Positions 55,353-64,000 of a stretch of 64,000 nucleotides of DNA are shown in pieces. How positions within the stretch are numbered: position 1 is the first letter of the stretch; every line of letters begins with the position of its first letter. The stretch lies in assembly GCA_025558095.1 (NCBI GenBank), contig JAIVFI010000002.1:186001-250000 (forward strand), given 5' to 3'. The position numbers and the translations under genes were made by a program. The notes under the pieces are model-generated. The model searched no databases and was not told the DNA's origin. It saw only the letters and a program-made list of their open reading frames with translations. This DNA is from Hyaloraphidium curvatum SAG 235-1. Its lineage: Eukaryota; Fungi; Monoblepharomycota.

Positions 55353-55439
55353 TGTGTCACAATAAGCGGGCCGGGCAACCCGCTTCTTTTGGCCGGCCCG
55401 ATCTTCCACGGCCGAGCAATCGCCGTCATGCCCGCTTGC

Positions 55440-56099
55440 CTAGAGGCTGGCGGTTCCGGTGTCCCCCGCCTGCTGCGGCGCGAACGGATCGCCCTCCCCC
55501 CCCGTATGGCACACGCACAGGAAGTACTTGCACACCAGGCAGTTTGCGCACCAGGTCGGGTACCTCCTCGCCACATCCAGCGCCGCCTCGATGTCCGGAT
55601 GCAAATAGAGCACCGCGACGCCGGCAACGGAAACCCCGGCACCCTCCAGCGCCCCCAGCACCGCGTGCACCTGCGCGCCCCCTCCGATCCACTCGTCGAC
55701 CACGAGCGCGCGGGTGCCGCGGGGCAGCAGGTCCGCGCGCATCTCGAAGGACTTGCGCGCGCCGTCGTAGTCGTCGAACTCGGCCGAGCGCAACAATCGG
55801 GACGCGTCGAGGGGGAGCTTGCCGGCCTTGCGGGCGACCACCAGGCCGCGTCCAGCACGGGCTGCGACGGCGCCCCCCAGCACGAATCCCAGAGCGTCGA
55901 GGGCGACGACGGCGTCGAACTCCTCCTGCGGGAACCGCGCCAATATCGCGCCGCACAGGTCCGCGAGCGCCGACGCGTCGGCAAAGACTGGCGAAACGTC
56001 GTACCGCGGCCGCGCGGATTGGTCGACCAGGCGCAGAGGGCCGGAGCGCGATTCAGGCCGCGGCGTGGCGAGGATGTCGAGGACGGCGGGCGGGGCCAT
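55440..56099 (-). CDS. Adenine phosphoribosyltransferase-like type I PRTase, intronless
   Basis: YDVSPVFAD, VALDALGFVLG, ARKAGKLP and a variant PRPP loop LVVDEWIGGGAQ. Confidence 0.82.
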   Translation of the reverse strand: MAPPAVLDILATPRPESRSGPLRLVDQSARPRYDVSPVFADASALADLCGAILARFPQEEFDAVVALDALGFVLGGAVAARAGRGLVVARKAGKLPLDASRLLRSAEFDDYDGARKSFEMRADLLPRGTRALVVDEWIGGGAQVHAVLGALEGAGVSVAGVAVLYLHPDIEAALDVARRYPTWCANCLVCKYFLCVCHTGGEGDPFAPQQAGDTGTASL

Positions 56100-56366
56100 C
56101 GCCGGCGTGCGGGATGGCACCAAGAGAGCTCGAGCGCGCGAACGAACCCCATGCTGTGCCCCTCCGGCGAATCGCGGACGGGCACCAGGATCATCCATAG
56201 AGGCTCGGAAGCTTGCTCAGACGCCGCTTAGTCGTGTCCAGGGGTCGCCAAGTCTGCGCGAGGGACGAGGCGGCGGCAAAACCACAGCTCGTCCCCACCG
56301 AGTTTCTTGCGAGTGCCCGCCCGCAACGCCCACTTCTGCATCGCCCCGGCGGCGCCTCCCCTCGCC

Positions 56367-57785
56367 ATGGTCAGCGCGGCAACAGCATTCGATCTTATCG
56401 ACACGGACAATGACGGTGAGCGCGCGCGCCGCGCCGCCGCCACCCGGGGCGCCAAGATGCCCCGCCGCAGGGACACTTTCTGTCGACGAGTTTGTCTCGG
56501 CTGGCCTGCTGGCCTTCAAGGGGCTCAACGAGGACGGGCTGCGCGAGATGTTCCGCGCCGCAGACGGGGACGGCTCGGGCTCGCTTAGCCGCGACGAGTT
56601 CGTCCGGCTCGCCGCGGACTACGAGGCGGCGCAAGGCGGCGGCGCGGGGTTCGCGAACGGGTTCACGGCGCTCGCGGACCTGCCCAACGTGTTTGCCTCG
56701 CTGGACCGCGACCGCAACGGAACGCTGGACCTGGAGGAATTCTGCACGGCCCTGCGGCTCTTCAACTGCTCCGAGACCGACGCCGAGATGGAGGCCATGT
56801 TCCGCGCCGCGGACGAGGACGGTTCCGGAACGGTGACCTACGCCGAGTTTGCCAAGCTCGTCCGCGGGTCATCGGTGGTCAAGAAGCTGTCGCAGAAGGT
56901 GGTCGCGAGCAACGTGGAGCTGGAGGCGGTGCACCGCAGCATGGCGGCCTGCGAGAGCGTGATCGATCCCCTCGCTATGGACGTGCTCCGGTTCTGGTTT
57001 CCGCCCACGCTGTCGGAGTGCCTGAATCTGTGGTGCGTGGTTCCGTCGCGATTCTGATCGATCCCGTGATCCTAACGCAGCGTGGGCTCAACGTCACCAG
57101 GTTCGGGAAGGACCCCGAGACGGACAAAACCATCGAGCAGCGGTTCGGCAGCGCCGTCCGCGACGCGCGCGTCGGCAAGCTGGACTCGTGGATCAACTCG
57201 CCCCTGGAGACCGTCGCCCTCCTCATCCTCCTCGACCAGTTCTCCCGCAACATCTTCCGCCACTCCGCCGAGACCTTCAGCTGCGACCCGATGGCGCTCA
57301 GCGTCGTCACCCGCTCCCTGTACTACGGCTATCCCAGCAAGATGTCCAAGCTCGAGGCCGTCTTCTTCGCCCTCGTACTGACTCATTCGGAGAACCTTCA
57401 TCATCAGCAGCTCTGCATCGAGATGTGGGAGGGCATCGTGGCCGCGCTGCCGAAGGACGACCCGCTCCGGAAGTTCGACACGATCTTTCTGAAGCACCTC
57501 CAGGTGATCGAGCGGTTCGGGAGGTTCCCGCACCGCAACGAGGTGCTCGGCCGGGACAGCACCGCGGAAGAGGTCGAGTTCCTCGGGGATCCTTCTTACC
57601 GGTGCGTTACCGGCCGCTCGGCGCGAGAACGACGTGGCTGAGCCCGCACAAGGTTTGACCTCCCGATGAAAGCGGACGGGCGAGGATTCCAGGAGACGCA
57701 AACGTTCAACGACACGGCCAAGAAGCGCAAGTTGAAGGAAATGGTCGATGCCGCGCAACTGGATGGCCCGGATGGAGCTGATTGA
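56367..57785 (+). CDS. Calmodulin-like four-EF-hand domain fused to DUF924
   Basis: EF loops DTDNDGTLSVDE, DGDGSGSLSRDE, DRDRNGTLDLEE and DEDGSGTVTYAE. DUF924 motifs VLRFWF, LILLDQFSRNIFR, THSE and IERFGRFPHRNEVLGR. Introns 56416-56470, 57033-57100 and 57602-57652. Confidence 0.88.
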
Positions 57786-58318
57786 TGTGCTGGACGTGTG
57801 CGGGGCTTTCCCGAGGTCGAATCGGATCTACTTCGGTTCAATGCAAAACAGACTAATCAACGAGGCTTCGTTTCGACGAGCCCTCCTCTTTGAGGGCACG
57901 AAGCTGATTGGGACGATGCGTTTGAGGCACCCCTTCGAGTTCAATTCATTCGCCTTCGAGGCCATGGTCTGGCTGGTCAGGTCTGGTCTGGTATTTCCGT
58001 CGGCGGATCGCGCCAAAGTGATGTGTCCGCCGTCAGTTGCTCTCCGTCAACCCACTCCGCCATCGCCGCTTGGCGACTCAGAGCTTTGATACTGTATAAG
58101 AGCTCTTGATCGGGCTTTTTCTTGCGCATCTTCGACCCATTTCCGATTCCAACAAGGGAGGCGTTCATCCTCCAGCCTTTTTCGAAAGATCCTGCCACGT
58201 CGTATTGTTAAGGCGGGCGACCATGTGCGCCCAACTGTCGTTATAGGTGGTCGATGAGCACCGGTGCTCCTTCGGTCGGCACCGTTGGGCGCGCTCCGTG
58301 CCTCCCGGCACAGCGCAG

Positions 58319-59158
58319 CTAGACCCCCGCCCTGTAGACCGCCCTGCAGATCGGGCAGGTACCCGACGGCCCCTTCGGCATGGCTTCCATCGCGACGGCG
58401 TCGCCAGCCATGCAGCAGCATTTGTCGTCGGTCGGCGCGCCGAGTGCGGTGCCCGCGGCCGACGAGGCTGCGTCTTCGGCAGCGTGGCACACCTCGAGCG
58501 TCCCCGATGCTGGAGCGGAACTGGTCAGATCCACTTTACCGTCCGTCGGAATGTCGACGACCGTGTGCGCGCCGGAATCCGGCGCGTCTTCCGTAGGTGC
58601 CTCCCCTCCGGGCGCCTGGGCGGCGGGCGCGGAATCACCGCTCCCCGCCCCCGGCGCGCCGCACATCCACGCCTCGAGGCACGCGGCATGAAACGCGTGT
58701 CCGCACGCCGCAAGGGTCCGCAGCTCCCGCTGCTGGTTGCCTTCCGCCGACGGGACGGCCACCAGGGGCTGCAGGCAGCACGCGCAGTCCCCATCGGTCC
58801 CGCGCCCAAACGGCGGTTCCGTACCGGGCATCCAGCGCGGTGCCACGGTGTCCAGCTGCGCAGCAGATAGGCGGGCACTCGCCGCATGCGCCGCCGGGGT
58901 GCGCCAAGCCGCAAGGCTGAGCCCTATCGAGGAGTCCGCCGCGGCGCCGGGATCAGCCCCGCCGCGCCACGCGCCCGACGGCCATTCGGCAAAGTACGTG
59001 CAGAAGCAGATAACGAGCAGCGGCGCTGCGAAGGCGAGCAGGAAGATTGCGGGGGTGTCGATGCCTCCGGATGCCGCCGCGCCCGGCGTGGGGGTCGCCG
59101 TCGCGCGCCCCGCCGCCGTCGCCGTCGCGGCAAAAAGCGCTGCGGTGCTCGTCGTCAT
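58319..59158 (-). CDS. Transmembrane RING-H2 E3 ligase (ATL-like) with a split RING
   Basis: TM AIFLLAFAAPLLVICFCTYF, then CACCL..LRTLAACGHAFHAACLEAWM, a long insert, and CPICR. Confidence 0.8.
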   Translation of the reverse strand: MTTSTAALFAATATAAGRATATPTPGAAASGGIDTPAIFLLAFAAPLLVICFCTYFAEWPSGAWRGGADPGAAADSSIGLSLAAWRTPAAHAASARLSAAQLDTVAPRWMPGTEPPFGRGTDGDCACCLQPLVAVPSAEGNQQRELRTLAACGHAFHAACLEAWMCGAPGAGSGDSAPAAQAPGGEAPTEDAPDSGAHTVVDIPTDGKVDLTSSAPASGTLEVCHAAEDAASSAAGTALGAPTDDKCCCMAGDAVAMEAMPKGPSGTCPICRAVYRAGV

Positions 59159-59855
59159 TGGTGCCGTGGTGCGGCGGGAGGTCAACGATTGGCTGGTTGT
59201 GCCAATGGCCGGCCGAGGTGTGACCGTTTGTAGGCTCGGAAGTCTTGCGGCGATGCGCCAATCGACGTCTGCTTTGCGCCAATGGCCGGACCGCCGTCGC
59301 TCTTGTATGCAACCCCCCGTACAGCCAGGCGTTCGCCAGAAAATGGCCCGCACTTGCACCATGACGAGTTTTGGTCTGACTCTGCCGAAGATTGGGCGAC
59401 CGGCAAGGAGCGGCCACCGCAGCTTGCAACACCACCGCGCCTCGCCGCAAGTCGGCAAGGACATCACATCGGTCTCCCAGCAGGAGGCGAGTGTGACTAC
59501 GAACATCCGCTGGATATCCCCTCGTGCCAGGGCACAAGCTTGTGTGTGCCGATCCGCCTTGCCTCTGCCGATACCAACTCTGCTGCTTGCAGAGCTTGGG
59601 TCGCCCAGCGAGCCTATATGGTGGTTCTCTCTGCACCAAGGGGTATGAGCCCCTACTCGCAGTCACGGCGCGCGCGTTCTGCGCACCCGAACAGATACCA
59701 GCTGGACAGGATTCCGACGGACGCCACCCTTTCCGGCCTTCATTCCGGCGGCGAAAAGAATGGGACATGCAAACGCGTGCTGCTTTTGTGAGTGTGATTG
59801 CGTCCATTGTCGGCAACATTGATTTCGCATGCGCGACACGAGCCTCCCCCCCCCC

Positions 59856-60938
59856 CTACGGCCCCGTCCGTAGCTCCCTCTCCAGCTCCGCCAGCAACCC
59901 CGCCATCTTCTCCCCGTCCGCCAGATCCAGCCCCATCCCCTCCGCCCTGCCCTCCAGCACCAGCCTCCTGAGCAGCCTCTCCCTCGCCGCCAGCCGCACG
60001 ATGTAGTCCCGCGCGCGCAGGACGACGGAGGAGCGCGTGGCGGAGGAGGCGCCGGGGACGGCGGCGGCGAGCAGGCGGAGCTCGGCCGCGAAGGCATCGC
60101 GGCGGCGCTTCTCGATCGTCTGGATGGATGAGGGGAGGGAAAGCGAAGCAGTGGTTAGATTCGGTTTGAGAGCGGGGCGGGACGGCACGGTACGCACGCT
60201 CTTCTTTATGGTCCTTCCGCGCGGTGCGAGCGGCGCCGGGTCTGGGGGGGGCGTCCGCATCGTGTACGGCGGAATCAGAGCGTCCAGCGGGGATGCGCAG
60301 CGGGATGGATCCGCCGGGTTCGGGCCTGTCGAGGGCGACAGGGGAGGGGAGGGGGGTGCCGAAGCGGACTCGGAGGCCGACTCGGTGCCCTGGGCAGGTT
60401 CGAGAGCTTCGGCCTCCGCGGTGCGCTGTTCCATGGCGGCAAGGAGGGGTGCAAAGTCGGAGGATGCGCTGGAGAGGGGTGCCGGCGGGGTTTGGATGGG
60501 TGTTTGGGGGACGGGGTGGCCCGCGGCCGGCCGGTCGGCCTCGGGGTTCGGAGGGCCGGTCTGGCGCAATGATGGCTCCCATGCGGGCGGTGCGTTGAGG
60601 GTGACGGGTGCTCCGCCCTTGGCCAGGTAGTCGGCGTACCACTCGCGCCAGGGCCTGCGCGGGTTCGGGGCCGGCCGGTTTGCGCCCCACGCGGTCGCGG
60701 CGGGCGCGGGCGGCGGCGGCGCAGAGAAAGCCGCGTGGCCATAGTATGGCGCGTGCCAGCCGGCCCCCGCGGCTGCCGATCCGCTGTTTCCCCACGGCGT
60801 GCCGGGCGCGGGTGGCGTTGCGCCCACGTGGTGCCCCGCGGGCCCCGCGGCGGGCGGCGGCCACCCCGGAGGCGGCCGATATTGCTCGTACGGCGACGTG
60901 CAGCGCGGCGGGAGACCGGCGCGCTGCGGGGCGCTCAT
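59856..60938 (-). CDS. bHLH transcription factor
   Basis: IEKRRRDAFAAELRLLAAAVP..TRSSVVLRARDYIVRL. Probable in-frame intron 60120-60197 (GTGCGT..CTAAC..CAG). Confidence 0.8.
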   Translation of the reverse strand: MSAPQRAGLPPRCTSPYEQYRPPPGWPPPAAGPAGHHVGATPPAPGTPWGNSGSAAAGAGWHAPYYGHAAFSAPPPPAPAATAWGANRPAPNPRRPWREWYADYLAKGGAPVTLNAPPAWEPSLRQTGPPNPEADRPAAGHPVPQTPIQTPPAPLSSASSDFAPLLAAMEQRTAEAEALEPAQGTESASESASAPPSPPLSPSTGPNPADPSRCASPLDALIPPYTMRTPPPDPAPLAPRGRTIKKSVRTVPSRPALKPNLTTASLSLPSSIQTIEKRRRDAFAAELRLLAAAVPGASSATRSSVVLRARDYIVRLAARERLLRRLVLEGRAEGMGLDLADGEKMAGLLAELERELRTGP

Positions 60939-62165
60939 CGCGCGGGCGGTGTCAGCAAAACGCGGCGAGGCCGGTCCCGGGCCGGTCGTCCGGCCACCTT
61001 TCCGACGGTTTTGGAGCCCGGGCCCGAAAACGCCGAAGACCTGCGGCGGACGTCGCGCCGGGATTATCGCGCACGGGCCACTGTCTGCCGCTGCTGTCCG
61101 GGGCGCGAGGGGGCCGGACGGGCCGCGCGCCTTGGGCGCCGAGCTGGCTGATCGAAGTCGGCAGGGCATCGCCTTCGCTGCTGCCTCTGAAAAGGGGGCG
61201 ATAGACGACATGCCCGCCGGATCTCTTGCGTTGATATCATTTCGTCAGGAGTGGGTCAGACGAAGGCGATAGGCTGTCGCGGGACGGAGGCAGACGGTCC
61301 ATATTTAGGAATGCAGCACTCCTCTCGCTTGATCACCCGCCGTGTCCAGCGCCGAGACAAGACAACTTAAAGAGATCATTCCACAACGCTGAAGGATGAA
61401 CGCGTGGCTCCCCGGATTCGGAAGTGTTTGGCGTCTTTCGTGGCATGGGGTTTGAAGGTGTGCGAGAAGAACCCGATCCTGAGCTGAGAAGCGCCAAACT
61501 GCGATGACGGGGTGGATTTGACGGAAAGAAATGCCGCCGGGCGCGAGCACTTTGGCGCGATAACTTAGTGGCATCGATTCACTGCCTCACGTAGTAGACG
61601 CTGGCGGATAGGCCTGGCCAGACCAGACTTGCCGCAGACCACGCGTCGGTCGCGTCGGTTCGGCAAGCGACGGTGGCGGCCGCGGACACATCACTCCTCC
61701 AGGGTCACGGGAAAACGTCAGTGAATGTTCCGCGGCGGGAAGTAGGCCCCTCGTGAGCAACAGAATGTGCGGCCTGGTCAGGGCCAGCAATTCCCGCCAT
61801 GCAGCGTTTCGCACGGCCCCCGCGGGCATCGGGCAACGTTTTCGGGCTGGAACCTTTCTTCAGAAACGATGCGGGGCCCGGCAAAGCAACCGGTGCGTGT
61901 TTCCACGACGGCGAAACGCGGGTGGAGGCGGCACAGGCCACATGCACCGCACGCGGATTCTCGCATCCCGGCGCCTGGAGCGCCTGCGGGACCGCTAGCG
62001 GCGATATAGTTGAGCAGGCGGCCGTTACGCCGAGGACTGCTCGCCCGGTCGAGCCGGGGTGGATGCCCCGCGGGCGCCCAGGGCCCAATCGATTCAGCGG
62101 GAACCGCATTTCCCGCCGATGACCAAACCGCGCAATCGGCCGCTCCCAACCCAATCTCCGCGGCA

Positions 62166-64000
62166 ATGCTGTCCCCGCGCCTTTCCTGCGCGGCGTGCGG
62201 GGCGGGCGTCGCGGCGGCGTGGGCGGCGTGCGGGCGGTGCGGCGCGGCGGCCGTCGGGGCGGCGCGGGCGCCGGAGGGGACTCCCCGCGACCCGTTGGCC
62301 TTTTTCCGGGCGCTGGAGGAGTCGGCGGCGCGGTGGGCGGGCGGCGCACCCTTCCCGGCTGCGACCGGGCGCCGGGCCGCCGGGGACGCGCTGTCCCTCG
62401 CCGGGTTCGCGCTGCCCTCGCCGGTCGCCGGCCCGCCCGACGCCCCGCACCTCACGGCCGAGGCCCGCTTCCTTTTCTTGAAGGCTTTCTCTGACAGAGT
62501 CCCGCGGGGTGCCGCCGCACCGGTTCACCCGCGGGCGTTCCGCGCCTGCTTCGTTCGCGGCCCCGACTCGCCAGACCCGGACGGCTGGTACTTTCGCGCA
62601 GCAACAGACCCGCTGTATGTCGACACAATGTGCTGGATCGGGGCTAGGATGGTGCGCTCGGGGGCACACCCCGGCCTTTTCCTGGGCCGCTATTCGCACG
62701 CTCACGACCTGAACGGTACCGTTCGCGCCCTCCAGGCCGTCGTGCAGCGAGGCCTGCGCGACAGGCTCGCGGACTTTTGGGCAGACGTCGCGGATGGCAT
62801 CCGCTCCAGCGCTGCAGTGACCGGGGAGCGCCTGCGGACGCCGGCCAACTACGCCCTGATGCGGTCGCTCATCGTCTGTGCCGCCTTCTGCTTCCTGCCC
62901 ATGGGCCAGGTGGTGACCGCACGGGCGACCTTCGCGCTGGTAGCCAGCATGTGGGTCCACACAGGCATCGAGGGGACGGGCCCCGCGCGGGCGGCCAGCA
63001 TGACGGTCGACGACTGGCTCTGCCGCGAGCACTGGGTCCGCACCTTCTGGGTCACGGCCACCTTCGAGCTCACCCTGGCGGCGGGCTCCCAGACGCGGCC
63101 CGCCTTCGACGTGGTCGAGTACCCGAACGTGCCGCTGCCGGCCTCGGACGAGGCCTTTCACTCGGTGATGCCGTCGGGCGCCGGCGGCCCCGACCCGACG
63201 CCGGTCGCCCGGCTCCTAGCCCAGGCACCCTCTTTCCGCGTGCGCGAGGTCTTTGCGTGGATGGACCCCTCCCTGGCCCCTCCTTTCCCGGCGGGCGCGC
63301 GCTCCATGGTGCTCTTGCGCCTCATCGGGGATGTCGAGCGCAGCATGACTACCTTCACCGCCGCCATCGACAGCTACCTCCTGGTGCAGGTGCACGCCTT
63401 CTGGAAGTGGGCGTCCGAAGACGCGGCACTGCTCCCCCTGGAGGTGCTCGTCGGGGAGCACCTCCTCTCCGCGGGCGCCGGCTCCTCCTCGCCGTCCCTG
63501 CGGCTCCGCGCCGCCGGCATCAGCGAGACCGAAGCCGCCTACATCCTGTCGCACCCGCACCTCCGCGCCGCCGTCTCCCGCCTCGCCTTCCTCCGCTCGG
63601 CCCTGGACGCGCTCGAATCCGCGCTCCCTCCGCGCATCCGCAACTCGGAAGACCCCCTCTCCGCCCCGCAGCTCGCATCGTTCGACGCCGTGCAGAGGCA
63701 CAAGCTCCTCGCACACATCGCTTCGGTCCGCCTCGCGGGCATGCTCCTGTCTTCCCCCGGGCCCCCAGACCAGCTCGCGCAGGACGCGCCCCCGGGCACC
63801 CTGGCAGCCTGGTCCGCGCTCCCCGCCTTTGTCGACGCCTCGCAGCGCGCGGTGCTCGTGGCCCGGACCATGCGCGTGCTGCTGGCCCGCTTCGGCCCGC
63901 GGGACCACGCCTCCAACCTGCAGCTCCCCGTCATCTGCTCCGCCGCCTCGCACGCGGGCGCGTTCCACGCCCTGCTGCTGCGCCGGGGCGGGGACCGGAC
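62166..64000 (+). CDS. Fungal transcription-factor middle-domain family protein, running off the window end
   Basis: Absent from the ORF track, probably because it has no stop inside the window. Manual translation from ATG 62166 gives MLSPRLSCAACG..ACGRC, PVHPRAF, DDWLCREHWVRTFW and VPLPASDEAF. Confidence 0.75.
   Translation, partial: MLSPRLSCAACGAGVAAAWAACGRCGAAAVGAARAPEGTPRDPLAFFRALEESAARWAGGAPFPAATGRRAAGDALSLAGFALPSPVAGPPDAPHLTAEARFLFLKAFSDRVPRGAAAPVHPRAFRACFVRGPDSPDPDGWYFRAATDPLYVDTMCWIGARMVRSGAHPGLFLGRYSHAHDLNGTVRALQAVVQRGLRDRLADFWADVADGIRSSAAVTGERLRTPANYALMRSLIVCAAFCFLPMGQVVTARATFALVASMWVHTGIEGTGPARAASMTVDDWLCREHWVRTFWVTATFELTLAAGSQTRPAFDVVEYPNVPLPASDEAFHSVMPSGAGGPDPTPVARLLAQAPSFRVREVFAWMDPSLAPPFPAGARSMVLLRLIGDVERSMTTFTAAIDSYLLVQVHAFWKWASEDAALLPLEVLVGEHLLSAGAGSSSPSLRLRAAGISETEAAYILSHPHLRAAVSRLAFLRSALDALESALPPRIRNSEDPLSAPQLASFDAVQRHKLLAHIASVRLAGMLLSSPGPPDQLAQDAPPGTLAAWSALPAFVDASQRAVLVARTMRVLLARFGPRDHASNLQLPVICSAASHAGAFHALLLRRGGDR

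Noticed and set aside
1-64000. Hundreds of long overlapping Arg/Pro/Gly-rich ORFs (e.g. 51839-54301 +, 41485-43155 +, 43532-45028 -)
   Set aside because: These are shadow frames expected at high GC. They lack motifs and lie opposite or out of frame to well-supported genes.
1-64000. rRNA, tRNA, CRISPR arrays, transposases and LTRs
   Set aside because: None recognised by eye. A tRNAscan/Rfam/RepeatMasker run would be needed to exclude small or degenerate elements.

Overview
This is a GC-rich, gene-dense eukaryotic genome segment. Many genes carry short GT-AG spliceosomal introns, and the window encodes Zn2Cys6/fungal-type transcription factors and a mitochondrial ribosomal protein, so it is fungal. 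An early-diverging chytrid/monoblepharid-type lineage is likely, but that is my inference. About 39 genes or gene remnants are supportable. The stand-out feature is a pair of intronless, bacterial-type nucleotide-sugar genes: wecC (18471-19733) and wecB (23485-24675). Together they make UDP-ManNAcA, a building block of bacterial surface polysaccharides. They flank an RCC1-repeat receptor-like kinase. About 19 kb downstream lies a compact block (43.3-55.4 kb) of intronless type II membrane glycosyltransferase genes: GT92, two degenerate-GT8+GT64 fusions, GT25+PAN, GT34 and two broken genes. These sit in head-to-head pairs with 55-105 bp spacers that share an AGGGAT motif, and an Nrg1-like C2H2 factor lies inside the block. 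I infer a possible fungal surface-glycan system built partly from horizontally acquired genes, but the functional link is unproven. No rRNA, tRNA, CRISPR or transposon was recognised. All family calls come from motif recognition by eye, not from database searches.
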